DNA of 61,342 nt, the filler included, from Archaeoglobus sp. JdFR-37 (GTDB taxonomy: Archaea; Halobacteriota; Archaeoglobi; Archaeoglobales; Archaeoglobaceae), in assembly GCA_002010215.1 (NCBI GenBank). It is 5 parts of 5 records of this genome, joined end to end, with 100 filler letters (N's around TTAATTAATTAA, not from the genome) between each part and the next. Parts side by side here need not be neighbours in the genome. Positions count along the whole stretch, not along the records: positions 27,124 to 40,008 come from MTMY01000006.1; 4 more parts are not named here. One strand, 5' to 3'. Positions within the stretch are counted from its first letter, which is position 1; each line of letters opens with the position of its first letter. Below are positions 27,935-37,829 of the stretch, piece after piece. The translations under genes and the position numbers were made by a program. The notes beneath the pieces are model-generated. The model worked only from the letters and a program-made list of their open reading frames with translations. It was not told the DNA's origin and searched no databases.

Positions 27935-28837
27935 ATGAAGAACTCCAGAATTATTAACCTACGGCTGGATGAGGAGATGGTAAAGAAACTGGATACTCTC
28001 TCATCCAAGCTTTTAATCTCTAGATCGGAACTTATCAGACAATCTCTCACCCTTTATCTCTCCTTGCTGGATAACATCGGCTTCTACTTCAAACCCTCAA
28101 TTGCAAGGCTACCCCTCGACATCTATGAAGACCGGAATGCCATACACATAGATCTAGGGAGTTTTAATTCCATCTCTGTCTTCACAATTTCCTACGGTGG
28201 GGTAGGTGAGCTTGAACAGGATGAAATAAAGACTGACACGGATGTGGTGGTGAAAACTCTCGCCAGACAGATTGAAATCGAAAGCATATGTAACTTTACT
28301 GACATAAGAGCTGTTCTACTCTCTACAGCCAACTCTCTGCACTACTCCATGAGAATCATCAGAGAACTCAGGAAGGTGCTGAAGAAGCGGGTTCTTCTCT
28401 CCAGCTATGAAGGCATTGCAAGAACTAGGCAGACGGCAATAAATGTAACAGTTGTGGGGGTTAGAGATCTTAGCGTGAGGAACTCTCCGAAGAGGGGAGA
28501 TAAAATTTACCTTTTCGGCAGACCTTTGAGCGGAACAGATGTAATTGAGAGGTTTGATGAGGCGGTGAGCATTGATAAGGTGAGGGAGTTGGCTGAAAGA
28601 GTAAAGGCGGGAGAGTTAAGCTCGATATTTCCGGTAAAGAGTGAGGGTATAGGTGCTGTTGCGGCTCATGCTGCTAGCCTTGCAGGTGGGAAAGCGTTGA
28701 TGTTCTTGGACGATGAACTGGACGCAGGCTGTCCAGCCACTGCAGTCATCGTTACTGGAGATGAACTGGAGGAAAGGTTGGGTGAAGAAATGGGTCAGGG
28801 GCTAGATGAAGGGCTACTCATCGGAGAGATAATCTGA
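27935..28837 (+). CDS. RHH (CopG) domain fused to a PurM/AIR-synthase-like (CblS-like) domain
   Basis: INLRLDEEMVKKLD...SRSELIRQSL RHH; SYGGVGELEQD, QTAINVTVVG, PVKSEG, AGCPAT recall alpha-ribazole kinase CblS. Confidence 0.65.
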   Translation: MKNSRIINLRLDEEMVKKLDTLSSKLLISRSELIRQSLTLYLSLLDNIGFYFKPSIARLPLDIYEDRNAIHIDLGSFNSISVFTISYGGVGELEQDEIKTDTDVVVKTLARQIEIESICNFTDIRAVLLSTANSLHYSMRIIRELRKVLKKRVLLSSYEGIARTRQTAINVTVVGVRDLSVRNSPKRGDKIYLFGRPLSGTDVIERFDEAVSIDKVRELAERVKAGELSSIFPVKSEGIGAVAAHAASLAGGKALMFLDDELDAGCPATAVIVTGDELEERLGEEMGQGLDEGLLIGEII

Positions 28838-29497
28838 TTTTGCTTTCGCGGCAAGGTTGTGGGCGAGTCTTATGGGCTCAGGCAGCTTTCCCCTCTTTAT
28901 ACATGCTTTTACAATTCTGAGAGAAGTTTCAGGGGAGATGTAGCTTCCGGGAGATATGAAGATGTGTTTGCAGCGTTTGCAGGGTCTCAATACATAGCCT
29001 ATAATGTCTCTTAAATCTTCTCTGTCCAGCAGAGGCGAAACGTCTGCGTTCTGTTTGGCAACATCTCCATATAACTTTCTCTTAGTTATACCAACAGTGG
29101 GGATACCGGTTTTCACGGCTATGTATGTTGCTAGACCGCATCTTCTCGGATGGGCTATGCCACTCCCGTCCACTAAAACAACTGCATTCTCTACACCTTC
29201 AAGGGCTGTTTTAACGGCTTTTACCGCCGGATCACCCTCTCTGAACATCAGAAATGTTGGAATGTAAGGGAAGGTAACCTTATCCACGGTGTAATATTCC
29301 TTTACGGACTCTAAAGCTGGGAAACGCATGACTACACAGGCTGAAACAACGTAATCTTCACCACCTTTCTTAAAAAATGCCTGATCAACACCTGCTACAT
29401 ATTGTATAGATTCAAAAGGCAAGGAGTCTTTTAAAACAACTCTTTCTGAGATTTTTTTCTGAAACTCAATCAATTTCTCAATCTTCATCCACTTCAA
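28814..29497 (-). CDS. nfi: Endonuclease V
   Basis: AGVD, FPYIPTFLMFRE, VDGSGIAHPRRCGLA, PEPIRLAH. Confidence 0.92.
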   Translation of the reverse strand: MKWMKIEKLIEFQKKISERVVLKDSLPFESIQYVAGVDQAFFKKGGEDYVVSACVVMRFPALESVKEYYTVDKVTFPYIPTFLMFREGDPAVKAVKTALEGVENAVVLVDGSGIAHPRRCGLATYIAVKTGIPTVGITKRKLYGDVAKQNADVSPLLDREDLRDIIGYVLRPCKRCKHIFISPGSYISPETSLRIVKACIKRGKLPEPIRLAHNLAAKAKSDYLSDE

Positions 29498-31103
29498 ACC
29501 TCACTGTGACAAACATTGGCCCTCTGACATCTATCTTTCCTCCATTGGAGGAGATAAAGCGCCTCACATTCTCCTGAAGTGTGAGGTTTATGTCAGAAAG
29601 TCCTTCCACTACTCTCACTCTAACCTCTGTATCCTCTCCTCTCAAGGCAGCAAGCTCTCCCTGTCTGGCAGCGAAGAAAGCAAAGGATTCGATATAGGTT
29701 ATGCCGGTAGAAATACCCTCTTTGAAGTATTTCTCGTATTTCTCGTTTCTCGGGATGCCGTAAACACTGCTTTTATGTACGACTATCTCATTTAGGAAAG
29801 CTGGGCCACAGAGCTTGGTATTTGGCTCTCTCTCCACCACATAAGCTCTTATGGTTCTGCCATGTAGCTGTCCTTCAAAGGCCAGAAACTCACATGGGCT
29901 TTTAGCATTGCAGTATTCTTTTGCCGTATTCACTATCGCCAATGCCATTTTCATGCCAGTAGGGGTTTCTGGCACATCATTAAGCCTTATATGTCTTGCA
30001 ATCTCCGCATCATCCAGCTGGACGCCGTTATAGAGATATGGATACACCATCTGCCTGACATCTGAGTAGCCATGCAGAATCATGGCCAGCCTTTCAACTC
30101 CAAGGCCGAGATTCATCACCGGGTATTCTATTCCGTATTCTGCAAGGGCAGAGGGAGAATATATGCCGAAGGTAGCGATTTCAATCCAGCCATCAGAGTA
30201 CTTGGTTTTTGAACCAACAAGCTGAGGATGGAAGGCGAAGACCTCAGTCTGAGTGCCGGGAACGTAGTATTTACTGTTTTTGTCATCAGGCCTGAATCTG
30301 AACTTTGTGAAGCCGAACCTCCTCAGCAAAGCCTCGGCAACTGCTTTACCTTCTTCGATGCTTACGTCTTCATCCACATAAACACAGCTTGCCGAGAAGT
30401 AAGAGTAGAGGCGTGTTGCATCTTCACCCTGCTCTCTTCTGAAGCAGCGGTCAATGCTAAACAGCTTGATGGGCAGAGGCAACTCGTCGGCTATCTTGCT
30501 CAGAGTAATAAACCAGCCGGTGGTCATGTGGCTTCTGAGGGTAAAGGTGAGGGGGGAAGGCTTGAGGGCTTTGAATTCAGGGAACACTTCATCGAGAATT
30601 CTAATGGCCGTCAGAGCATTGGTGTTGAGGGCTCTGGCCACCTCATAGCTGAGATCATCGCCATCGATCTTTCCTTTCTTGTAGAGGTGGAACACGTTCC
30701 TGAGTTCCTCCAGCTCATTTTCTTTGACCATTCTCCCGATAATCTTTCCTATTAGCTCCACTCTGTCTTGAGAAATGCCGATGTTGGGTTTGGGAAGTGT
30801 TGCCAAATAAAAGCACCTATCGAGGACGGCCAAAGCTTCCTTCCCAAATTGCCTTCGGATGTGAATGTCTTCAACGATAATGGGATTAACAACCTCGTCA
30901 AAACCCAGTGAGAGGTAAGTTTCTCTGAGCATCTGAATCGTTTTGAAAAGAGGATGCTCTGTACCACTTTTGAAATGGAGCCTCGGAAATGTTCTGTTTG
31001 GGTCTCGCGGCTCTAACAGCTCCTTACCCATTATCCATGCCTTTTCAAAATCCTTCTGAGCCAGCTCTTTGAACAGCTTTACATCAAATTTCATGGGAAT
31101 CAC
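29478..31103 (-). CDS. sepS: O-phosphoseryl-tRNA(Cys) synthetase
   Basis: QFGKEALAVLDRCFYL, LRSHMTTGWF, FRREQ, MNLGLGVERLAM. Confidence 0.95.
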   Translation of the reverse strand: MIPMKFDVKLFKELAQKDFEKAWIMGKELLEPRDPNRTFPRLHFKSGTEHPLFKTIQMLRETYLSLGFDEVVNPIIVEDIHIRRQFGKEALAVLDRCFYLATLPKPNIGISQDRVELIGKIIGRMVKENELEELRNVFHLYKKGKIDGDDLSYEVARALNTNALTAIRILDEVFPEFKALKPSPLTFTLRSHMTTGWFITLSKIADELPLPIKLFSIDRCFRREQGEDATRLYSYFSASCVYVDEDVSIEEGKAVAEALLRRFGFTKFRFRPDDKNSKYYVPGTQTEVFAFHPQLVGSKTKYSDGWIEIATFGIYSPSALAEYGIEYPVMNLGLGVERLAMILHGYSDVRQMVYPYLYNGVQLDDAEIARHIRLNDVPETPTGMKMALAIVNTAKEYCNAKSPCEFLAFEGQLHGRTIRAYVVEREPNTKLCGPAFLNEIVVHKSSVYGIPRNEKYEKYFKEGISTGITYIESFAFFAARQGELAALRGEDTEVRVRVVEGLSDINLTLQENVRRFISSNGGKIDVRGPMFVTVRFEVDED

Positions 31104-31124
31104 AGATAGGTGGGCGAGGGGTAT

Positions 31125-31304
31125 TTACTTTTTATCCTCGCCTCTGGTTCGCCTGAAAATTTTCCCAATTTCTACATCCCAGCTGATTCTCGCATGCTCC
31201 TTTCCCAGGCTTTTCCGATAATCTGCTCTGATATTTTTCTTGAAGACCTCTTCAAGCAGCTCATCAGCTTCGTCAGGCACCTCTTTCCCTTCAGTTTTGC
31301 CCAT
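31125..31304 (-). CDS. Small (59 aa) charged hypothetical protein upstream of sepS
   Basis: MGKTEGKEVPDEADELL...GEDKK; TTTTAAA TATA-like element about 25 nt upstream. Confidence 0.5.
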   Translation of the reverse strand: MGKTEGKEVPDEADELLEEVFKKNIRADYRKSLGKEHARISWDVEIGKIFRRTRGEDKK

Positions 31305-31429
31305 GGCCTTAGTTGGGTTGAAGGGTTTAAAAGGGGTTTGCAGGTGTTGTTTGTTGCAAGTGTGCAATCCTTCAAGTCGTTAATATTGTCAACATACAAT
31401 GACGACTTCTAGAAAATTATAGGATATAA

Positions 31430-32785
31430 TCAGCCAAGAATCCTTTTTACAGTTTTTATTCCAAATTCCAGCAGATCTTCAGCTTTTTCTCTGCTCTTGG
31501 CCTCTGCAAAAATCCTTGCAATGGGTTCTGTGCCTGAGGGCCTAATCAGTAGCCACCCATCTTCAAAGTCGATTCTCGCACCATCAATGAAGTTAGCTTC
31601 GGTAAACTCTTCCCTCAGCCCACTCAGCAGCTTTTTCTTTTCTCTGCATTCCACCTTCGTTTTGAGCATGTGGTATCGCGGGATCTCCTTGGCTATTTCA
31701 GACAACGGTCTGTTCTCCAGTGCTATAAGCTCAAGAACCTTTGCGGCACTCATCACTCCGTCCCTCGCTAAAAGATGCTCTGGGAAAATCAGACCACCGT
31801 TTCCCTCTCCACCAAAAACGGCATTGACCTCTTTCATCACCTTCACAACTACTGGTGAGCCCACGGCAGTGTAAACAACCTCCCCTCCAGCTTCCTTCAC
31901 AGAATCCTCCACACATTTTGAAGAACTGACAGGAGTTACAACGACACCTCCTCTATTGTTTTCCACGTACTTCTTGGCCATAAGGGCAAGCATGACATCT
32001 TCAGACACAAAATTCCCCTTCTCGTCAACGAATGTGGCTCTATCAGCATCTCCGTCGTGGGCGATGCCGAGATGAGCATCTGCAATTTTCACAACTTCCT
32101 TCAGTATGCCGACATTCTCCTCCACTGGCTCCGAATTTCTGGCAGGAAATCTGCCATCGTGGTGACAGTTAAGGCTCACAACATCGCATCCAAGCTCCTT
32201 CAAAAGCTGAGGAGTAACGAGACTTGCAGCTCCATTCCCACAGTCTATTACAACCTTAAATTGCTTAGCTGCTATGGCCTCGACATCAACCTTGTCAATC
32301 ATTCCATCAAGGTACATGCGGAGGTAATCAGCTTCCTCAACTCTCCCAACTTCGTTCCAGCCCGCTCTCACGAATTTTTTGCTCTTGTAGACTCTCTCGC
32401 TCTCCTCATCCATTTCTCTTGTGAATTCAGTTCCATCGCTGTGAACGAATTTAATTCCATTGTACTCTCTCGGATTGTGGCTTGCAGTGACGATGACTCC
32501 TCCTGTGATCTCTTCAGTTTCCTTAACAAAATATTGCAAGGCAGGAGTTGGAGCAATCCCAATATCAACTACATCACTCCCAACAGACGCTATACCAGCG
32601 ATAACAGCACATTTGAGCATAGCTGATGAAATGCGAGCATCCATACCTATCGCAATTCTTCCTTTTCTTAGGGTTCCGATGGTTCTGCCAAGATTGAGGG
32701 CCATATCTGCTGTGAGCTCTTCATTGGCTATACCTCTAACACCATTTGTCCCGAAAAGCTCGCCAGCACCACCTGCACGAGTCAT
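31430..32785 (-). CDS. Phosphoglucosamine/phosphomannomutase
   Basis: FGTNGVRG, TASHNP, DGDADR, GGEGNGG, RPSGTEP. Confidence 0.93.
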   Translation of the reverse strand: MTRAGGAGELFGTNGVRGIANEELTADMALNLGRTIGTLRKGRIAIGMDARISSAMLKCAVIAGIASVGSDVVDIGIAPTPALQYFVKETEEITGGVIVTASHNPREYNGIKFVHSDGTEFTREMDEESERVYKSKKFVRAGWNEVGRVEEADYLRMYLDGMIDKVDVEAIAAKQFKVVIDCGNGAASLVTPQLLKELGCDVVSLNCHHDGRFPARNSEPVEENVGILKEVVKIADAHLGIAHDGDADRATFVDEKGNFVSEDVMLALMAKKYVENNRGGVVVTPVSSSKCVEDSVKEAGGEVVYTAVGSPVVVKVMKEVNAVFGGEGNGGLIFPEHLLARDGVMSAAKVLELIALENRPLSEIAKEIPRYHMLKTKVECREKKKLLSGLREEFTEANFIDGARIDFEDGWLLIRPSGTEPIARIFAEAKSREKAEDLLEFGIKTVKRILG

Positions 32786-33044
32786 ATCAATGGTTTGTCC
32801 TTTACTTTATTTCTATTTTTTTGATTAGTTGTGGGGTGTTGCGGAATTTAAGATTGATATAGTCTTGAGGTACAGCTCCAAGGTCAATCCATCACAGTTC
32901 TAGTAAAATTTCTATCCTCTAAGGCATACTGCGAAATGCTGCACTGCTTACCCTATATCTACATCACATGCCAAAACATTTAAAATCTCACAGCGTGATT
33001 TTTTGGGATTGCATTGAAGAATTGAAGGGTTAGGCGGTGATGCG

Positions 33045-34286
33045 ATGAAGGAAGCAAAACTTGTGGAACTGTTGTTGACTGCTGAAATATATAATAGGTA
33101 TGATGAGCTTGGGGAGGATGACTTACCGAAGGAAATCAGAAAACTCTTTTATCAGCGCGGCAAGCTGGCCAGACCTCTTGTGGTCAGAAATGATCTTGCC
33201 TCACAATATGTGGGGGAGAAAGTTGAATCTATGATCAAATCTCTGCCTTTTATCGATTTCAACACCTTCAACAAGCAGCTGAAGATCACCTCCTTTGATC
33301 TTGCTACAAAATGGATGGCTGCGAAAGGAGTGGAACTGATAGGAAGAAATCCTGTTTTGGCATACTTCTATCAGAATTATGATTCTCTGCCCGTCTCTTA
33401 CGAGGAGGCGAAAAAGAAAAACAAGCCCAAGCACAGTGATAGAGAATGGCTCAGGTCAGTTATCGATGAGCTGATGAAAAGCGAAGATACTGCAGAAATG
33501 CTTCAGCTCGTCAGAGTCTATTCGCCTGAGGATATTGAGGTCGGATTCGAAGACGTTGCTCTCGAAGACACCCAGATGGAAGAGATCAGGAAGATAGAGG
33601 TGGCAATAGAAGAGAGGGATTGGCTTAAGAGGGTTGGACTGATGGATATAGGCAAACTCCTTTTCATTGGCCCGCCGGGAACAGGAAAGACAACAACAGC
33701 TAAAGCATTGAGTAGGAAGCTGTTCCTACCGCTGGTTGAGGTAAAGCTCTCCATGATTACCAGCCAGTTTCTGGGAGAAACATCCAAGAACATAGAGAAG
33801 GTGTTCGAGATTGCAAGACGCCTAAGCCCGTGTATCCTCTTCATAGATGAGTTTGATTACGTGGCAAAGACGAGGACTAGTGATGAGCATGCAGCGGTTA
33901 AGAGAGCCGTTAACACCCTTCTGAAGTCTGTAGATGAAATAAGCCTCGTCAGAGATGGTGTCATTCTGATTGCGGCCACAAACCACCCCCACCTCCTGGA
34001 TCCAGCAGTCTGGAGGAGATTTGACAAGATAATCGAATTTCCGGAGCCCTCCGAAAAAATCAGAAAGAGAATATTCCAGATGACTCTTCACAGAATAGAG
34101 GGAGATTACAACATTGATGAACTTGTAAAGCTCACAGACGGTTTTACTGGAGCAGAGATAAAGCTAGTTGTCAGGGAAGCAGTTCTGATGGCCTTGCTGA
34201 ACAATGAGAAGTTCCTGAAGCACCATTATTTACTGGAAGCCATAAAGGAGGTTAAGGACAGGATAAAGCTAAAGGGAAGCTATTGA
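33045..34286 (+). CDS. AAA+ ATPase
   Basis: GPPGTGKT, FIDEFD, AATNHP, LDPAVWRRFD. Confidence 0.9.
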   Translation: MKEAKLVELLLTAEIYNRYDELGEDDLPKEIRKLFYQRGKLARPLVVRNDLASQYVGEKVESMIKSLPFIDFNTFNKQLKITSFDLATKWMAAKGVELIGRNPVLAYFYQNYDSLPVSYEEAKKKNKPKHSDREWLRSVIDELMKSEDTAEMLQLVRVYSPEDIEVGFEDVALEDTQMEEIRKIEVAIEERDWLKRVGLMDIGKLLFIGPPGTGKTTTAKALSRKLFLPLVEVKLSMITSQFLGETSKNIEKVFEIARRLSPCILFIDEFDYVAKTRTSDEHAAVKRAVNTLLKSVDEISLVRDGVILIAATNHPHLLDPAVWRRFDKIIEFPEPSEKIRKRIFQMTLHRIEGDYNIDELVKLTDGFTGAEIKLVVREAVLMALLNNEKFLKHHYLLEAIKEVKDRIKLKGSY

Positions 34287-34335
34287 ATGTAGTGAGGGTA
34301 AAGTGAAGGATAAAGTAAAGGAACAAAGGTAGGGA

Positions 34336-35115
34336 ATGACGGTAATGAAGGTCACATTGCTGGGCACAGGCGATTCGCCAGGAACACCGGTTATAGGCTG
34401 TCGTTGCAGAACATGTCAAGATGCAAGAAAGCACGGATGGCAAAGAAGGCGATTCTCTGTTTTAATTCAAACGGATGGAAAGAACATCCTTGTGGACACC
34501 TCTCCCGACATGCGATCTCAGCTTTTGAGGCTGGATATAGACAGGATAGATGCGGTAATCTGGACACACTGCCATTACGATCATTTTGCTGGCTTTGGTG
34601 AGTTCTACAGGGTTCAGAGCAATGTAACAGTCTACAGCTCTCCTGAAGTCCATGAAGATATAGCCAGATTCATGCACTTTATGAGTTATCGCAGACTTGA
34701 AGTTGAGCCTTTTGAGCCTTTTGAGCTTTTTGGAGTCACCATAACCCTTTTCGATGTAACACACCCACCGCTCAGAAGGGCTCATGGCCTCGTGGTGGAG
34801 AGGGACGGATACAGAGTTGTTATATCTGGGGACACAAACAGGGGCATCCCGGCTGAGAGCATCAGACTAATGATGGATGCAGACCTTCTTCTGGTGGATG
34901 CCATAGCTCCCGAAGGATACAGACTGAAAAAGCACATGAATGCAGGTGAGGCGATAGAGCTATCAAAAAAGCTTAGGGCGAAAGATGTTTATTTTGTCCA
35001 TCTTGGCCATTTCTATCCGCCACATAGAATTGCTGTGAAAAAATATCCGCTTGCCCACGACTTCCAGTCTTTCACATTTGGAGAGGGTTCTGATGACCTC
35101 AGCGCGTTCTTCTAG
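34336..35115 (+). CDS. PhnP-like MBL-fold phosphodiesterase
   Basis: LGTGDSPGTPVIGCRCRTC, THCHYDH, SGDT. Confidence 0.88.
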   Translation: MTVMKVTLLGTGDSPGTPVIGCRCRTCQDARKHGWQRRRFSVLIQTDGKNILVDTSPDMRSQLLRLDIDRIDAVIWTHCHYDHFAGFGEFYRVQSNVTVYSSPEVHEDIARFMHFMSYRRLEVEPFEPFELFGVTITLFDVTHPPLRRAHGLVVERDGYRVVISGDTNRGIPAESIRLMMDADLLLVDAIAPEGYRLKKHMNAGEAIELSKKLRAKDVYFVHLGHFYPPHRIAVKKYPLAHDFQSFTFGEGSDDLSAFF

Positions 35116-36088
35116 TATCGGTCTCGATATTGGCGGTGCAAATCTAAAGGTCTATTCCGAGCATGGATGGGAAATTCTGTACTTCCCTTTCTGGAAGGAA
35201 TGGGAGAGGCTGAGTGAGGTTCTGGCAGAGATCAAGGATAAATACGGAGTAAATCGGGCTGGAGCCGTAATAACTGCCGAGCTGAGCGATGCCTTCCCTT
35301 CAAAAGCTGAAGCGCTGCTCTACATAGAAAAGACGCTTAAGAACATCTTCGATGAAGTATTCTTTCTGGATTTGAACGGAGAGCTTAAACGAAACATGGA
35401 TAATCCCTTGAGCTACGCAGCCAGCAACTGGGTCGCTAGCGTAAAATTTCTCAGCGCAGATTTTGACGAATTCATTTTTGCCGACATGGGCTCAACCACC
35501 ACAGACATCATCCCCTTCAAAGGCAGAATACTGGCCGGGAGAACAGATTATGAAAGGTTAAAGCGTAAAGAACTTCTGTACTTCGGAATGCTCCGGACTC
35601 CTGTATTTTACATATTGTCCGAATTCGATGGAGTTTCCTTGAGCAGCGAGTACTTCAGCATAACAGCTGACGTTATGCAAATCCTTGGATTAATTGACAG
35701 TTCTGCTTACACATGTGAGACTCCTGATGGAAGAGGGAATAGCATTGATGAATGCATGCAGAGGCTGGCGAGATCTCTTTGTTGCGATGTGGAAGAACTT
35801 GGCAGGGAGAACACTGTAAGGCTTGCAGAAGCTGTGAAAGAGAGGATGGTGGATAAAGTTGCTTCAACCTTTCGTGAAAAAAGTGAGGAACATGGTATCA
35901 GCCTTGTTCTGGGATGCGGGATTGGGGAAGCGTTGCTGAAAGAAGCAGCCGAAATGGCAAGGCTTGAATACATGGCAATTAGCGGCATTTATGGTGAAGC
36001 ATCGCACCTTTTCCCTGCATTTGCCATGTGGAAGCTGGTAGATGGGCTAGTGGATGAAGTAATGAATGAACCGGTGGATGAGCAATGA
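35093..36088 (+). CDS. mfnF: Methanofuran biosynthesis protein MfnF (hydantoinase A-like)
   Basis: GLDIGGANLK, TAELSD, DMGSTTTDIIP, TPDGRG; adjacent to an mfnE-like kinase. Confidence 0.8.
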   Translation: MTSARSSSIGLDIGGANLKVYSEHGWEILYFPFWKEWERLSEVLAEIKDKYGVNRAGAVITAELSDAFPSKAEALLYIEKTLKNIFDEVFFLDLNGELKRNMDNPLSYAASNWVASVKFLSADFDEFIFADMGSTTTDIIPFKGRILAGRTDYERLKRKELLYFGMLRTPVFYILSEFDGVSLSSEYFSITADVMQILGLIDSSAYTCETPDGRGNSIDECMQRLARSLCCDVEELGRENTVRLAEAVKERMVDKVASTFREKSEEHGISLVLGCGIGEALLKEAAEMARLEYMAISGIYGEASHLFPAFAMWKLVDGLVDEVMNEPVDEQ

Positions 36089-36723
36089 TCATCGTAAAGG
36101 TGGGTGGAAGCATTGCTGAATTTGCATGGAAGCTCTTTGAGGATCTGAAGGGTTTGGAAGAGTTGAAGAAAGCTGGGAAGAGGATTCTGGTAGTTCCTGG
36201 TGGCTGGATTTTTGCAGAAAAGGTTAGGGAGTTGTGGAAGAAAGGAGTCATAGATGATGAATCTGCCCACTGGATGGCCGTAGAGTGCATGGATGTCTAT
36301 GGATACTACCTCTCCAGATTTGCTGACCCCGTAATTCCTGAAAATTTTCATGAGCTTTCGGAAGAGCTTCAGTATGGGGGTGTAAGGATTTTAATTCCCG
36401 GGAAGCTCGTCAGGAACTATGATGAACTACCTCACTCTTGGGATGTAACCTCTGATTCAATTGCCATATGGGTTGCCCGCAATATTGGCGCTAAGAATAT
36501 CGTAAAGGCTACAGATGTTGAGGGGCTGATTGTAAACGGGAAAGTTGTTAGCAAAATATCTGCCTCACAACTTCGCAATGAAACATGCATCGATTCATAT
36601 GCTCCCAAGCTTCTTTCAGAGTACAGGCTTGACATTTTTGTATGCAGGTGGGATAGGGTAAAAGATTATATATTGAGACGCGGTGCCATTGGCACGCTGA
36701 TCGCTGGATCGGAGGTGTTGTAA
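36085..36723 (+). CDS. mfnE: Amino-acid-kinase-family protein, MfnE-like
   Basis: KVGGS, VPGGWIFA, AHWMA, PHSWDVTSDSIA, TDVEG. Confidence 0.8.
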   Translation: MIIVKVGGSIAEFAWKLFEDLKGLEELKKAGKRILVVPGGWIFAEKVRELWKKGVIDDESAHWMAVECMDVYGYYLSRFADPVIPENFHELSEELQYGGVRILIPGKLVRNYDELPHSWDVTSDSIAIWVARNIGAKNIVKATDVEGLIVNGKVVSKISASQLRNETCIDSYAPKLLSEYRLDIFVCRWDRVKDYILRRGAIGTLIAGSEVL

Positions 36724-36884
36724 TGGAAATACACAGATGCATAAGCTGCGGTGCAAACTTGGTAGGCACGAACTACGTGAACTTTCCATGCCCGGCTTGC
36801 GGTGAAATGGTTTATCGTTGCAAAAGATGCAGGAAGATGGGTATTCATTATGTATGTGAAAACTGCGGCTTTGAAGGGCCATGA
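36723..36884 (+). CDS. Small zinc-finger protein (HVO_2753/DUF1610-like, 53 aa)
   Basis: Manually found MEIHRCISCG...FPCPACG...CKRCR...CENCGFEGP with four CxxC, directly upstream of EF-1beta. Confidence 0.9.
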   Translation: MEIHRCISCGANLVGTNYVNFPCPACGEMVYRCKRCRKMGIHYVCENCGFEGP

Positions 36885-36893
36885 GGTGGTTAT

Positions 36894-37160
36894 ATGGGGA
36901 ACGTGATTATGAAGCTTAGAGTAATGCCGGAAGATGTAGAGGTGGATCTTGAGGCACTGAAAGAGAAGATCGAGGCGGCAAAACCAGAGGAGGTTGATAT
37001 AAGGGATACTGGAATTAAGCCGATAGCTTTTGGGCTCAAAGCACTGCTGATTGCTGCAGTGATGCCGGACAAGGAGGGGCTGACAGATAAGTTCGTTGAG
37101 TCTATAAAAGGGATTGAGGGCGTTGCGAATGTTGAAATAGAGTCGGAGGAGCTCCTCTGA
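36894..37160 (+). CDS. ef1b: Elongation factor 1-beta
   Basis: RVMPEDVEVDLE, PIAFGLKAL motifs. Confidence 0.95.
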   Translation: MGNVIMKLRVMPEDVEVDLEALKEKIEAAKPEEVDIRDTGIKPIAFGLKALLIAAVMPDKEGLTDKFVESIKGIEGVANVEIESEELL

Positions 37161-37801
37161 TGTCTGTGAAAGAGCCAATAAAAATCGTAACCCCGCCTCT
37201 GGCGGCAAATGTATATCTTATTTTGGACGAGAAAAAGGCAATCGTGGATACAGGCGGAGATGCAGCTTTTCTGATAAAAGCTCTGGGGAAATATATCAAT
37301 CCAACAGAAATTGACTACATAATCCTTACCCACTCCCATTTCGACCACGCATCTGCTGCGGGCGAGCTTAAGGAATATTTGAAGGCTAAAATCATAATGC
37401 ATCCAGTAGAGTACGAATTTGTGAAGAGTTTCAACTTCTCAAGCCCCCTTTTTGGCATAAACTTTAAGCCATTCACCGTCGATATTTCTGTTGAGGAGGA
37501 GAACGTAATAGAACTTGGAGAACTTGAGCTGAAGGTGTTCCACACTCCTGGTCACACTCCTGGAAGCATCTGTCTTTATGAGGAGGATAAAAAGTGGCTC
37601 TTCAGCGGAGATGTTGTATTTCCCCATGGAAGCTTTGGCAGAGTAGACTTCCCTGGTGGGAATGGAGCGGAACTTCTGAAATCCATTGAAAGGCTGGCGA
37701 AGCTGGAAGTAGAGAAGCTATATCCTGGCCATGACGAACCTGTGGGCAAAGCATCAGAACACATCAAACGGTCACTGATGTTTGCCAGAATGATGCTATA
37801 A
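37160..37801 (+). CDS. MBL-fold hydrolase (glyoxalase II-like)
   Basis: THSHFDH, HTPGHTPGS, SGD, PGH. Confidence 0.88.
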   Translation: MSVKEPIKIVTPPLAANVYLILDEKKAIVDTGGDAAFLIKALGKYINPTEIDYIILTHSHFDHASAAGELKEYLKAKIIMHPVEYEFVKSFNFSSPLFGINFKPFTVDISVEEENVIELGELELKVFHTPGHTPGSICLYEEDKKWLFSGDVVFPHGSFGRVDFPGGNGAELLKSIERLAKLEVEKLYPGHDEPVGKASEHIKRSLMFARMML

Positions 37802-37829
37802 GATGTTGTAGCGTTGTAATTCATAGGCG

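Noticed and set aside
35093..36723. mfnE/mfnF (with sepS) as evidence of methanogenesis
   Set aside because: These genes are normal in non-methanogenic Archaeoglobales; no mcr is visible in the window.
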